Positions 20,561 to 31,108 of a stretch of DNA of 39,329 bases are shown piece by piece. Location: positions 5,009 to 44,337 of the forward strand of contig JAPLLZ010000028.1 in the NCBI GenBank assembly GCA_026387265.1. Direction: 5' to 3'. Position 1 is the stretch's first letter; every line of letters begins with the position of its first letter. The notes below the pieces were generated by a model. It saw nothing but the letters and a program-made list of their open reading frames with translations. It made no database searches and was not told where the DNA came from. The translations under genes were made by a program, and so were the position numbers. This stretch comes from Candidatus Omnitrophota bacterium. GTDB taxonomy: Bacteria > Omnitrophota > Gorgyraeia > Gygaellales > Profunditerraquicolaceae.

Positions 20561-20660
20561 TTGAGCACCTTATAGATTTTATCCAGCGAAATACTTACGA
20601 GCGTAAGCGAGTAAGTATTGAGCGCCGCAATCTATTGTCCAGCGAAATTGAACACCCTGG
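20561..20660 (+). repeat. Composite repeat: TTGAGCRCC..YYARCGAAAT units joined through a tandem-GA hairpin
   Basis: Units 20561-20592 and 20618-20648; hairpin gc-GA-aatacttac-GA-gc-gtaa-gc-GA-gtaagtatt-GA-gc at 20586-20623. Confidence 0.75.
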
Positions 20661-20742
20661 TTTTAAATCTGGTGAAACCCATCGAATATAAAAAATTCAG
20701 TTATAAATTTTTTATGGTTATGAGATGGGGTCAAGAACACTT

Positions 20743-22335
20743 TTATATTATCGCATCCATCGTTAACGCCGGATGCTCTACCTTCTTTAGAAAAACCAAT
20801 AATTCTTCCAAAGTAGTAGCCACAGATTCATCAGCAATCTTATCTAATAAACCATCCTGGCCAATCTCCTGAATTCTGGATTTTAACTTATCTCCTAAAA
20901 TTTCCTTAAGTTCCTTAGGCATCCAAACGACTCTGGCTAATCCGCCTTCAGCAGAAATGAACTTTTTACTTAAAATATATAATTTACCCACCCCGAGAAA
21001 ACCCGGAGTCTGTACTCCGCCTCCGACTGATCCGGCTAAAGTTGTAAAACTCATCCCCGAAGGAGTACTCCCAACATAATCACGATGCACTAGCATTACC
21101 CCGTTAGCTTCAGGCACAATGGCCACAATACACTCAAAACATCCGCATGATGATTGCGGCCCGTCCATTAATGAATACATACTTACTGCCTCAATAGTCT
21201 GATTGGACTTCTGCTGCACAAATGTATTTATATTATCCCATTGGCCAAGCCGGCCGTCTAAAAGATTACCTTTGAGAATCGGCTGATTAGGACCGGTAGG
21301 AATAATTTCAAAAGAAGCTTTAGCATCTAACCAGGAATACGCTCCGCACAAACCTAAGCGCTCCGGAGTAACCACGCAAACATGGTTAGGAGCAAAAGAT
21401 TGGCACAATAAACAGGAATAAAATGTATCTACGCTTTCGTCAGTCATACCGGCTAAACGTTCATCACGCTGATTATAAGTTTGCTGAGCTTGACTTGAAA
21501 TTCTAGACACATCATCCTGAGTGGTATAAAGTTTGACCTGCACTTTATCCACAATAGCGCTATATTCCGCATGCAACATCGCATGTAAAATGACTCCTAG
21601 ATGTTTTAGCCTAAAACCTTTGCCATATGCATCTTTAGAGATCCTGATCCAAACCATATCGCGCTGGCCCATATGCATCAGGCCCATACAATAGTTAACA
21701 AAACGATGGATCTGCCTTTCCAGTATCGGCTCGAAATCTTTTTGCATTTTGCGCCCAAAAACATCTACGACAATTGCCAAAGGTAAAGATTTGCTCCCGG
21801 CAGGTAACTGATCAATAGCCGGGCCAATTAATTCTACACTACCATCAGTAATGCTGGCTTCATCACCAGAACTTAAAAATTCAATCACAGCTGACGCCTT
21901 ACCTCCAAATTCAACAGCCAACTGTTCCCTACGTACACGCTCACCTTCAAATGCCGCAGCATACGGCACAGGCACAGCCACCTGTGACATTTTAACTTTA
22001 ATCCCGCGTGTCAAAATACATTTAGAAGGTAACTTAGCATAATCTTTCTCAGTAACTAAAGCTTCAAACAGAGTCGTATCAATCTTACCTAATTGTGGTA
22101 CCTCTAAATCTGTAATTATCGGCAGGCCGAAAGCCAAAGCCCCCAAACCTGTAGCCACTAAAAGTTCATCTACATGGCTAAGCAGAAGAATAAATGCTGG
22201 AACGCGATTACGGATATAATCGGAGATCTCTTTCCATTGCCCGGGCTTATTTCCGCCGTAGATTAAAGGAGCGCGCACCGCAAAGTTAACCGCATAAATT
22301 GCTGAAAGATAATCATCTCCTAAGGGAACAATATA
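20743..22335 (-). CDS. acsB: Acetyl-CoA synthase (AcsB), C-terminal part with A-cluster domain
   Basis: FEGERVRR, DFEPILERQIH, FYSCLLCQSFAPNHVC, ERLGLCGA, SSCGCFEC, GGVQTPGF; homology extends upstream of the GTG to YIVPLGDD at 22335. Confidence 0.93.
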   Translation of the reverse strand, partial: YIVPLGDDYLSAIYAVNFAVRAPLIYGGNKPGQWKEISDYIRNRVPAFILLLSHVDELLVATGLGALAFGLPIITDLEVPQLGKIDTTLFEALVTEKDYAKLPSKCILTRGIKVKMSQVAVPVPYAAAFEGERVRREQLAVEFGGKASAVIEFLSSGDEASITDGSVELIGPAIDQLPAGSKSLPLAIVVDVFGRKMQKDFEPILERQIHRFVNYCMGLMHMGQRDMVWIRISKDAYGKGFRLKHLGVILHAMLHAEYSAIVDKVQVKLYTTQDDVSRISSQAQQTYNQRDERLAGMTDESVDTFYSCLLCQSFAPNHVCVVTPERLGLCGAYSWLDAKASFEIIPTGPNQPILKGNLLDGRLGQWDNINTFVQQKSNQTIEAVSMYSLMDGPQSSCGCFECIVAIVPEANGVMLVHRDYVGSTPSGMSFTTLAGSVGGGVQTPGFLGVGKLYILSKKFISAEGGLARVVWMPKELKEILGDKLKSRIQEIGQDGLLDKIADESVATTLEELLVFLKKVEHPALTMDAII

Positions 22336-23219
22336 CTTTTAGACTGAAAATCTCGAATCAACTGCACAGCCGACTGTTCATCTTTAGCCGGACCCAAGAT
22401 GACCGCAATACCGGCAATCCTGCCATCAACCAATTGCAATCCTAGTGACCGTAAAATTTTATCCGGAATAAAACCAATCCCCTCTTTCGGATGTTCTTGA
22501 TTTAACACAGCCAAAACAGCGAGAATTTCTTCACAAATTAAAACTGCCACCCCTTGGTTTAATAAACCATCCGCAGAGTTAATCATCAAACCACTAGAAG
22601 CAGCCTGATTAACGGCCAAAGCCTCAGCTTGAACAAAAGCTGCCCGGCAATCCTGCAGATTTTTTACTTCAATATTCAACAGGGCATAAATTAAAGGCAG
22701 GTAATAGTTTGTTTCCGGAAATTCTATTTTTGCATCAGGGCCTTTTTGATTTATTGCATTTTCTAATGACTGGCGCGTAAGATTTAATACGCCCTGCGTT
22801 CCTTTTGTCCCTAATTCCGCCAATAGTTGAGGCAACTGCCCTGGCTTAACTTGCTCACTAGAAGAATCCGGCATGGACTTATCTACAAACACAACCAAAC
22901 ATACCCCAACAGCTTTCCCATCTTTAAATTTAACCGCTTCAGCCCTGCCCTCGCCGACAATCTCCTGAATTGAGCTATTAATAATTTGAACACTTTCAGG
23001 CAACTGCCCGCTAAATCCTAGATTACTGACCACTTTAATACCAACTTTATATTTCTCAGCAATTAATTGTGCTATTTTAAATACTGCTCCTGTAGGCCCA
23101 TCAACGCAAACAGTATCAACAATTAAATAATCATCTAATTTTTTAAGGTCATCTTCCGAACTGATAAGTATAACCCCTTTTTTTCTTGCTCCGGGTATCT
23201 GCGGTAAGTTTAGTGCCAT
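22320..23219 (-). CDS. NAD-binding-like oxidoreductase domain fused to AcsB N-terminal domain
   Basis: aa 1-115: LPQIPG..KGV ... IQEIVGEGRAEAVKFKDGK (pyridine nucleotide-disulfide reductase-like); aa ~130-299: KGPDAKIEFPETNYYLP, GFIPDKILRSLGLQLVDGRIAG (AcsB N-domain). Confidence 0.8.
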   Translation of the reverse strand: MALNLPQIPGARKKGVILISSEDDLKKLDDYLIVDTVCVDGPTGAVFKIAQLIAEKYKVGIKVVSNLGFSGQLPESVQIINSSIQEIVGEGRAEAVKFKDGKAVGVCLVVFVDKSMPDSSSEQVKPGQLPQLLAELGTKGTQGVLNLTRQSLENAINQKGPDAKIEFPETNYYLPLIYALLNIEVKNLQDCRAAFVQAEALAVNQAASSGLMINSADGLLNQGVAVLICEEILAVLAVLNQEHPKEGIGFIPDKILRSLGLQLVDGRIAGIAVILGPAKDEQSAVQLIRDFQSKSILFP

Positions 23220-23256
23220 GTTTTTACAACCTCGCTTATAGAATTAAATATATTTT

Positions 23257-24126
23257 TTATAATCCGCTCGCTTCTAAGACCTGCGGGACAATTTTATCCC
23301 AACCAATAGACATAATATGAATCCCCTGGCACATCGGTTTTAATTGCCTGATTAAACGACTGGCAATTTTTATGGAAGTAGCCACCTTGTCCTTGCAAGA
23401 ATCCATCTCCGCAATTAACTCTTGCGGAACAGAAATACCGGCAACATGCTTATTCATATATCTGGCCATAGCTGCCGATTTTAACAAAACAATACCCGCC
23501 ATAACCGGAACTTTAAAATTTTTAACCTGAGAGATAAAATTCTCAAAAGTCTTTACATCAAAAACTGCCTGGGTCTGAAAAAATTCAGCACCTGCGGAAA
23601 TTTTTTTCTCCATTTTCATAATCTGCGGAGCCAATGGGTCTGAACCGGGATTAACCACTGCGCCAATACAAAATACGGGCGGATTCCCTTCTAATTTATG
23701 GCCCTGCATATCAAAGCCGGTCTCCAATTTTCTAGCTACCTGCAACAATTGCACCGAGTCTAAATCAAACACCGGTTTGGCCTGCGGATGATCACCTAAG
23801 CTTGGGTGATCTCCGGTAGCAATCAAGATATTCTGAATTCCCAAGGCTGCAGCAGACAATAAATCTGATTGTAAGGCCAGGCGATTACGGTCGCGGCAGG
23901 TTAACTGATAAATCGGCTCAAAACCCTTTTGTTTAAGCAAATAACTTACGGTTAAGGACCCTAAACGCATTACTGAACTCTGTAAATCCGTAACATTAAT
24001 CGCATCGACTTTATTACGGATAAGTTCAGCATCTTCCAATAATCTTTCAGCATGCATGCCTTTTTCCGGGCCGACTTCCGAAGTAAGTAAAAATTTACCT
24101 GCTTGAACTTTTTCTTTAAATGTCAT
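23257..24126 (-). CDS. metF: Methylenetetrahydrofolate reductase
   Basis: DAINVTD, LTCRDRNRLALQSDL, TGDHP, PVFDLDS, FFQTQ. Confidence 0.93.
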   Translation of the reverse strand: MTFKEKVQAGKFLLTSEVGPEKGMHAERLLEDAELIRNKVDAINVTDLQSSVMRLGSLTVSYLLKQKGFEPIYQLTCRDRNRLALQSDLLSAAALGIQNILIATGDHPSLGDHPQAKPVFDLDSVQLLQVARKLETGFDMQGHKLEGNPPVFCIGAVVNPGSDPLAPQIMKMEKKISAGAEFFQTQAVFDVKTFENFISQVKNFKVPVMAGIVLLKSAAMARYMNKHVAGISVPQELIAEMDSCKDKVATSIKIASRLIRQLKPMCQGIHIMSIGWDKIVPQVLEASGL

Positions 24127-24149
24127 TTCTAAACAAAATTAAAAATAGT

Positions 24150-25007
24150 TTATGATTTTGTAGACTGCTGCGCTTTAGCGACTTCCACTAAATTACGCAT
24201 TAAGATGGCCACAGTTAATGGCCCCACTCCTCCCGGCACAGGAGTAATATAGGCAGCGCGCTTTGCGGCTGATTCAAATTCAATATCACCGACAATTTTA
24301 TCATTTAAATGGTTTATGCCTACATCTACAACCACGGCACCTTCCTTTATCCATTCGCCTTTAATCAAACCGGCCTGGCCAACCGCGACAATCAAAACTT
24401 CTGCTCTTTTTACATGATCTTCTAACTTACCGGCTTTGCTAGTAGCAATATGGCAAACTGTCACTGTAGCAAATTTTTCCAACAAAAGCATCGCCAATGG
24501 TTTGCCCACGATTTCGCTATGTCCAACAATTACCACTTCTTTCCCATACAAATCTAGGCCGATAGAATCCAGTAATTCCATTACAGCATTAGCTGTGCAA
24601 GCCGCAATCCTGGCTTTGCCGAAAAGAACTTTTCCAATATTGGTCGGATGCATCCCTTCGACATCTTTATTGGGCTGGATAAACTCACATATCTTCATAT
24701 AATCAATATCTGGCGGAAGGGGAACCTGAACGATAATACCATTCACCGAAGTATCAGCATTTAACTTAAGCACAAAATCAATCAACTGATCCTGGGAAAT
24801 ATTCTGCTCCAACTGATACAGTTTATAGGTTATCCCCAAACTCTGCGCAACCTTAGCCTGAATCTTGACATAAGCCAAAGCACTGGGATTATCTCCTACT
24901 AAAATACTAGCCAGAACCGGAGCCTGTCTTAAACTCAGCACACTGTTTTTAACCTTCTCTTTAATCTTATCAGCGACAATTTTACCTTCTAATAACTTTG
25001 CCAACAT
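24150..25007 (-). CDS. folD: Methylene-THF dehydrogenase/cyclohydrolase
   Basis: GIIVQVPLP, KDVEG, SEIVGKP, DVGIN, TPVPGGVGPLT. Confidence 0.96.
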   Translation of the reverse strand: MLAKLLEGKIVADKIKEKVKNSVLSLRQAPVLASILVGDNPSALAYVKIQAKVAQSLGITYKLYQLEQNISQDQLIDFVLKLNADTSVNGIIVQVPLPPDIDYMKICEFIQPNKDVEGMHPTNIGKVLFGKARIAACTANAVMELLDSIGLDLYGKEVVIVGHSEIVGKPLAMLLLEKFATVTVCHIATSKAGKLEDHVKRAEVLIVAVGQAGLIKGEWIKEGAVVVDVGINHLNDKIVGDIEFESAAKRAAYITPVPGGVGPLTVAILMRNLVEVAKAQQSTKS

Positions 25008-25545
25008 TATCCTCCGTGTCCTTACGAATCTTTAGAACTATTTTTTGCATCTGCTTTAGTTCTTTTATAATTTTACCAGTACGCTTGCTATCAGCTAAGC
25101 TTTTTAGATTAATCTCTACATTAAAACAAGCGCAAACAAAAGCTGACTCCAATAAAACAGCAGCTACTGCCACATCGCTGATTAAATTAATATTACCCTT
25201 CTTGACTAACGACGGGCATAATTGCTGCGCCTGGCAACAAAGTTTGGCCAAGCGCAAAGGTACCGCCAGCATCTTTGCAGCATCCTTGCTTTGATAAGCC
25301 AACACATCTAAATCCACCAAGTCCAGAAAATATTTTCTTAATCTTTCAGATTTAGTTAATATTGCCTTTAACTCTTTCGTAAAGGCAGCATACTTGGGCT
25401 TGCCTAAGGTAAAATTAACTACCATACTCACTAAACCGGCAGCTAAAGCAGCATTTAAAGCCGCAGCTGATCCGCCTCCCGGAGCAGGCAGCCTGGCAGC
25501 AAGATCATTTAAATATTTAGTTAGGCTTTGATTTTTATATTTCAT
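24982..25545 (-). CDS. Cyclodeaminase/cyclohydrolase family protein (FchA-like)
   Basis: LAARLPAPGGGSAAAL, GNINLISDV, NVEINL; adjacent to folD. Confidence 0.88.
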   Translation of the reverse strand: MKYKNQSLTKYLNDLAARLPAPGGGSAAALNAALAAGLVSMVVNFTLGKPKYAAFTKELKAILTKSERLRKYFLDLVDLDVLAYQSKDAAKMLAVPLRLAKLCCQAQQLCPSLVKKGNINLISDVAVAAVLLESAFVCACFNVEINLKSLADSKRTGKIIKELKQMQKIVLKIRKDTEDNVGKVIRR

Positions 25546-25547
25546 AT

Positions 25548-25928
25548 TTAAATTGTAAAATCCTGTTTTAATTCGAAGGCATCCCTGATTAAGGATATCT
25601 CCGGTTGATTATTTACATACAAAAGCGCAAGCACATCAAAACGCGCAGTATGCCCTAAAAGATTATTCAACTTTAAATAAGCAACCGCGACCCTGGAGAT
25701 CTGTTTTTGCTTTTGCGCAGAGACTGCTTCCTGAGGTGTTCCGAAATCAAGCGAATGCCTGGCTTTAATCTCCACAAAACAAATTGCCCCATTTTGCTGT
25801 GCGATAATATCAATTTCACCAAGCTTATTTCTATAGTTGCGCTCAAGAATTTTATAGCCTTGGGCTTTTAAAAACCTGGCGGCTGCATTTTCAGCAGCTT
25901 TTCCAAATTCTAAATTTCCTGACAACAC
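25548..25928 (-). CDS. yraN: YraN family nuclease-like protein
   Basis: GKAAE..A..FL..GYKILERNY...GEIDII...FVEIKAR...RFDV. Confidence 0.92.
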   Translation of the reverse strand: MLSGNLEFGKAAENAAARFLKAQGYKILERNYRNKLGEIDIIAQQNGAICFVEIKARHSLDFGTPQEAVSAQKQKQISRVAVAYLKLNNLLGHTARFDVLALLYVNNQPEISLIRDAFELKQDFTI

Positions 25929-26524
25929 CTTAAAAAACTCTTTCTATGGATAGCGATCGGCCCTCTTTCTTTTAAAATAGCCCGATGCAATTGCGTAGGA
26001 TAACCTTTATGTTTAATAAATTCATACTGCGGATAAATTTTATGAAATGCGGCCATAATCTGATCACGCCGCTCTTTGGCCAGGATACTTGCTGCGGCAA
26101 TACTTAACGATTTACCATCTCCCCCCACAATACTTTGATAAGGTAAATCCAGCTTAAACCGCATATTACCGTCAATTAGCACAAAAGCGCGTTTTAGTTC
26201 CTTGTCGGTCAGCTGCTTAGTTACTCCTGCAATCGCCTTCTGCATAGCTAAAATTGTTGCTTGCAGGATATTAACCTGATCAATCTTAATATGGTTAACT
26301 GCGGCAATCGCGTATAAAGATTTGCTTTTTATTTCCACAAAAGCAGCTTGTCTTCTCGCCGGAGTTAATTTTTTTGAATCATCTATCCGGTGAACAAACT
26401 TAAAACTTTTTAAACAAACTGCCGCCGCCACTACCGGCCCGGCTAAAGGGCCGCGCCCTGCCTCATCTACGCCGATAATTAAATCGTAGCCTTTGTTTTT
26501 TAGCTTTCTTTCGTATGACAACAA
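25910..26524 (-). CDS. rnhB: Ribonuclease HII
   Basis: GVDEAGRGPLAGPVVA, DSKKL, IAAASILAK, HKGYPT, HRKSF. Confidence 0.97.
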   Translation of the reverse strand: MLSYERKLKNKGYDLIIGVDEAGRGPLAGPVVAAAVCLKSFKFVHRIDDSKKLTPARRQAAFVEIKSKSLYAIAAVNHIKIDQVNILQATILAMQKAIAGVTKQLTDKELKRAFVLIDGNMRFKLDLPYQSIVGGDGKSLSIAAASILAKERRDQIMAAFHKIYPQYEFIKHKGYPTQLHRAILKERGPIAIHRKSFLRCCQEI

Positions 26525-26525
26525 C

Positions 26526-26879
26526 TTAAGCTTTTTCTTCTTTGCTTTCTATTTTAGTAGCGTGTTTACCAATCTTCTCTCTTAAATAGTAAAGCTTAGC
26601 TCTTTTTACCTTACCCAAACGAATAATTTCAATACTGTCGATAACCGGAGAATAAAGCGGAAACACCCTTTCTACCCCCTCGCCGGAAGAAACTTTTCTT
26701 ACGGTAAAATTAAGTTTAGTACCCGATCCGCTCTTAGCAATCACCACGCCTTCAAAAGGGTGAAGACGAAATTTATCCGGCCCCTCAGGAATTCTGGTAA
26801 GCACTTTAACCGTATCTCCGACATTAACCGCCGGCATCTCTTTCTTCGTAAATTTTGCCTCAATTGATTTGATATCCAT
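26526..26879 (-). CDS. rplS: 50S ribosomal protein L19
   Basis: GDTVKV, FEGVVI, FTVRK..GEGVER.FP, KVKRAKLYYLR; AAGGAGG SD supports ATG at 26879. Confidence 0.97.
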   Translation of the reverse strand: MDIKSIEAKFTKKEMPAVNVGDTVKVLTRIPEGPDKFRLHPFEGVVIAKSGSGTKLNFTVRKVSSGEGVERVFPLYSPVIDSIEIIRLGKVKRAKLYYLREKIGKHATKIESKEEKA

Positions 26880-26901
26880 TACTACTTCCTCCTTGAATGA
26901 T

Positions 26902-26958
26902 TCCGCCATAAATCGTGGCGGACGAATTTGAGCACCGCATGCTCTTGTTTAACGAAAT
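26902..26958. repeat. CCGCCA/TGGCGG hairpin followed by a TTGAGCACC..CGAAAT unit
   Basis: tccgcca-taaatcg-tggcgga (26902-26922); 26928-26958 matches 20618-20648 at 24/31 ungapped positions. Confidence 0.72.
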
Positions 26959-26965
26959 CCTTTTC

Positions 26966-28752
<1,787 letters not shown>

Positions 28753-28780
28753 TTAATATGACGAACATTTCATTTTTATT

Positions 28781-28794
28781 GTAGAGACACAAAA
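28781..28794 (+). repeat. Half copy of GTAG-REP
   Basis: gtagagacacaaaa, 13/14 identical to the left arm at 13861. Confidence 0.55.
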
Positions 28795-28825
28795 CCTTCC
28801 CTTTGCATAACTTTACAAAATCAAC

Positions 28826-29818
28826 CTAAACAATCAACATCGCGTCGCCATAACTATAAAACCGGTATTTATGATCTATCGCCTCTTGATACGCCTTCAT
28901 CATTAATTCTTTACCACCAAAAGCACAAACCAACATTAAAAGGGTAGTCATAGGCAAGTGAAAATTAGTCAATAAACAGTCTACTAATGCAAATTTATAC
29001 CCCGGATAGATAAATAAATCTGTATTACCTTCTTTACGCCCAGTGACATAAGTTTCTAATGCCCGCAGGCTGGTTGTGCCAACAGCAATAACACGCCCCT
29101 TATCCGCCTTTACTTTATTCAACGCGGCGATAGTAGGATCAGGAACTGAAAAAAATTCCGGCTCCATTTTGTGCTCAGTAATATTTTCACATTTTACCGG
29201 GCGAAACGTACCCAACCCGACATGCAATGTAACATAACCCAGGTTTACTCCCGCGTCATGAATTTCTTTAAGTATTTCTTGAGTAAAATGCAGGCCGGCG
29301 GTAGGCGAAGCAAGCGCACCTTCATTTTTTGCATAAACCGTCTGATAATAAACTGTATCTAAATCTTCAGGCGCCCGTTTAATATAAGGCGGCAAAGGAA
29401 CAATTCCAAAACTATAAATCTGGTCTGCATCCGCTTGCTTAAAACTAATTTGCCCCCGGCTGCTAATCGTGCCGATTACAGAACCTGAAGCAAAAAGAAT
29501 CTTTTCCCCGGTTTTTGTGCGACTAGGCTGCACTAAACAAGAGAATGTTGTTCCGTTAAGACGGCGGGTAAGTAAGATTTCGACTCTGCCGCCGGTTGTC
29601 TTTTTCCCCATTAAACGGCAATGCAAAACTTTTGTATCATTAAGCAACAGCAAATCGTTCTTTTTTAAAAACCCGATAATATCCTTAAACACCCCGTGAG
29701 TAATCTGCCCAGTTTTGCGGTTTACCGTTAAGAGGCGTGCCTCTTCTCTTTTTTTCAAAGGGTATTGCGCAATCAATTCCTTGGGGAGAGGATAATCAAA
29801 TTCAGAAAGTTTTAACAT
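28826..29818 (-). CDS. queA: S-adenosylmethionine:tRNA ribosyltransferase-isomerase
   Basis: FDYPLPKELIAQYP, PLPPYI, YQTVYA, PTAGLHF, TNFHLP, YRFYSYGDAM. Confidence 0.97.
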   Translation of the reverse strand: MLKLSEFDYPLPKELIAQYPLKKREEARLLTVNRKTGQITHGVFKDIIGFLKKNDLLLLNDTKVLHCRLMGKKTTGGRVEILLTRRLNGTTFSCLVQPSRTKTGEKILFASGSVIGTISSRGQISFKQADADQIYSFGIVPLPPYIKRAPEDLDTVYYQTVYAKNEGALASPTAGLHFTQEILKEIHDAGVNLGYVTLHVGLGTFRPVKCENITEHKMEPEFFSVPDPTIAALNKVKADKGRVIAVGTTSLRALETYVTGRKEGNTDLFIYPGYKFALVDCLLTNFHLPMTTLLMLVCAFGGKELMMKAYQEAIDHKYRFYSYGDAMLIV

Positions 29819-29828
29819 AAAAATATTA

Positions 29829-29859
29829 ACAGCGTTATTGCTTAAAAAATAACCGCTGT
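29829..29859 (-). terminator. Possible terminator or regulatory hairpin just upstream of queA
   Basis: acagcg-ttatt...aataa-c-cgctgt, followed on the minus strand by TAATATTTTT and then the queA ATG. Confidence 0.35.
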
Positions 29860-29875
29860 CCCACTATAAGACAGG

Positions 29876-31054
29876 TTAATTCAAGTAGCTTATAATTTGA
29901 TCGGTTAAATCGTCAATGGAATAAAGTACTATGCCGTCTGGAGCCAGATCGCTAACCAAACGGAATTGATTAAAAAATAAATCCGGGGCGTCTTTCATCA
30001 GATAAGCGCCTAAGCCGACATAAATTTTCCTTTTACCGCGATGGCCTAAACTAGATTTTATTGTTTCTTTAATAAACTGATTGTCTTTAGTGTAGGACAT
30101 TAATACTACGTAATCGATAATCCCCTCTTCCAACCAAACCGACCAATCCTGGAATGCATTACTATATGCACGCTCCACAACCGGAATAACTGCGCAAGAA
30201 ACCACTAAACTGGGAGACTTTACTTTAACCAGACTGGATATCTTACGCACTAACTCCGTAACCTGCTGGCGCCTCCAATTATCCCAAGCCAAATACTCAT
30301 CTTCATTGTTTAACGCATCAAGAACATTAATTCCGGTTTTCTCGCGGAAGCGTTCCACATTTACCGATCCATAACCATAGGTTAGCCCGAATTTATTAAA
30401 TCGGGAGCCGGGAACAAACGGAACAGGAGATGGATAACGCATATAATCCAAGTGTATCCCGCTAAATAACGGGTAACGGTTAATAATCTCATTAATAATC
30501 GTTAAAATATAAGCCTCAACCTTTGGATCGCCAGGCTCTAAAAATATCATATCCTCCCTTAAATAATATTTATCTAATTCAAGATTATTAGAAGTTTTTG
30601 ATGTCCTTTGATACTGATCACGGGTAAGTATGGAGCGGCCATATTTATTTAATATGTCCGCTTTTTCATTCTTACCTAAACCTAAAATATTCACCCAGGC
30701 GAAAACTTTAATATTGTTTTGTCCAGCTTCCCTTAATAATAAATCCAGCGTATCTAATCCTGCGGAAGCAACCATCTGGTCATATTTTGTTTTATCACAA
30801 ATTTTTGAATCATAATAAGCATTCCCGGACTGAAAAATCTGCAGATAAATCTCATTTATTTTGGCTTTATTGCATTGGGAAATCAGGTTACGTACTCCCT
30901 GTTCAGAATAAAGCATCCTTTTGCTGGAAAATACCGATACCCAGATGCCGCGAGCGGCGGAGGCTTGAGCTTGAGGTTGAACATCTTCAGCCTGGACTGT
31001 TTTAAACCCAAATATGCAACAAAATAAAAATATGAGCAGTATCTTATTTTTCAT
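29876..31054 (-). CDS. Exported GHL10/DUF187-like glycoside hydrolase
   Basis: Signal peptide; ARGIWV, INEIYLQ, GIHLDYMRYP, WDNWRRQQVT, QDWSVWLEEGIIDY..MSY. Confidence 0.85.
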   Translation of the reverse strand: MKNKILLIFLFCCIFGFKTVQAEDVQPQAQASAARGIWVSVFSSKRMLYSEQGVRNLISQCNKAKINEIYLQIFQSGNAYYDSKICDKTKYDQMVASAGLDTLDLLLREAGQNNIKVFAWVNILGLGKNEKADILNKYGRSILTRDQYQRTSKTSNNLELDKYYLREDMIFLEPGDPKVEAYILTIINEIINRYPLFSGIHLDYMRYPSPVPFVPGSRFNKFGLTYGYGSVNVERFREKTGINVLDALNNEDEYLAWDNWRRQQVTELVRKISSLVKVKSPSLVVSCAVIPVVERAYSNAFQDWSVWLEEGIIDYVVLMSYTKDNQFIKETIKSSLGHRGKRKIYVGLGAYLMKDAPDLFFNQFRLVSDLAPDGIVLYSIDDLTDQIISYLN

Positions 31055-31108
31055 TTCCGCTTACTCCTTACGTAAATATACAACTGCTTTTCCTGCGGCC
31101 GGTAAAAC

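Larger units (their letters stand above)
20743..23219 (-). pseudogene. acsB: acsB split by a deletion plus frameshift near 22335 (real lesion or assembly error)
   Basis: N-terminal ACS frame ends QSKSILFP*; the continuation YIVPLGDD is in the -1 frame, and about 20-30 conserved residues are missing. Confidence 0.6.

Noticed and set aside
20618-20872. 84-aa + strand ORF in the acsB-TPR gap
   Set aside because: Starts inside a repeat, overlaps the acsB 3' end antisense, and has no SD or motif.
22320-22345. Programmed -1 frameshift joining the acsB halves
   Set aside because: No canonical X XXY YYZ slippery heptamer, and the joined product would still lack about 20-30 conserved residues.
4978-26909. 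Longest-ORF starts for trpA (5799), trpG (10299), coaE (15838) and rplS (26909)
   Set aside because: Family N-termini, SD position or stop/start coupling favour 5763, 10284, 15781 and 26879.
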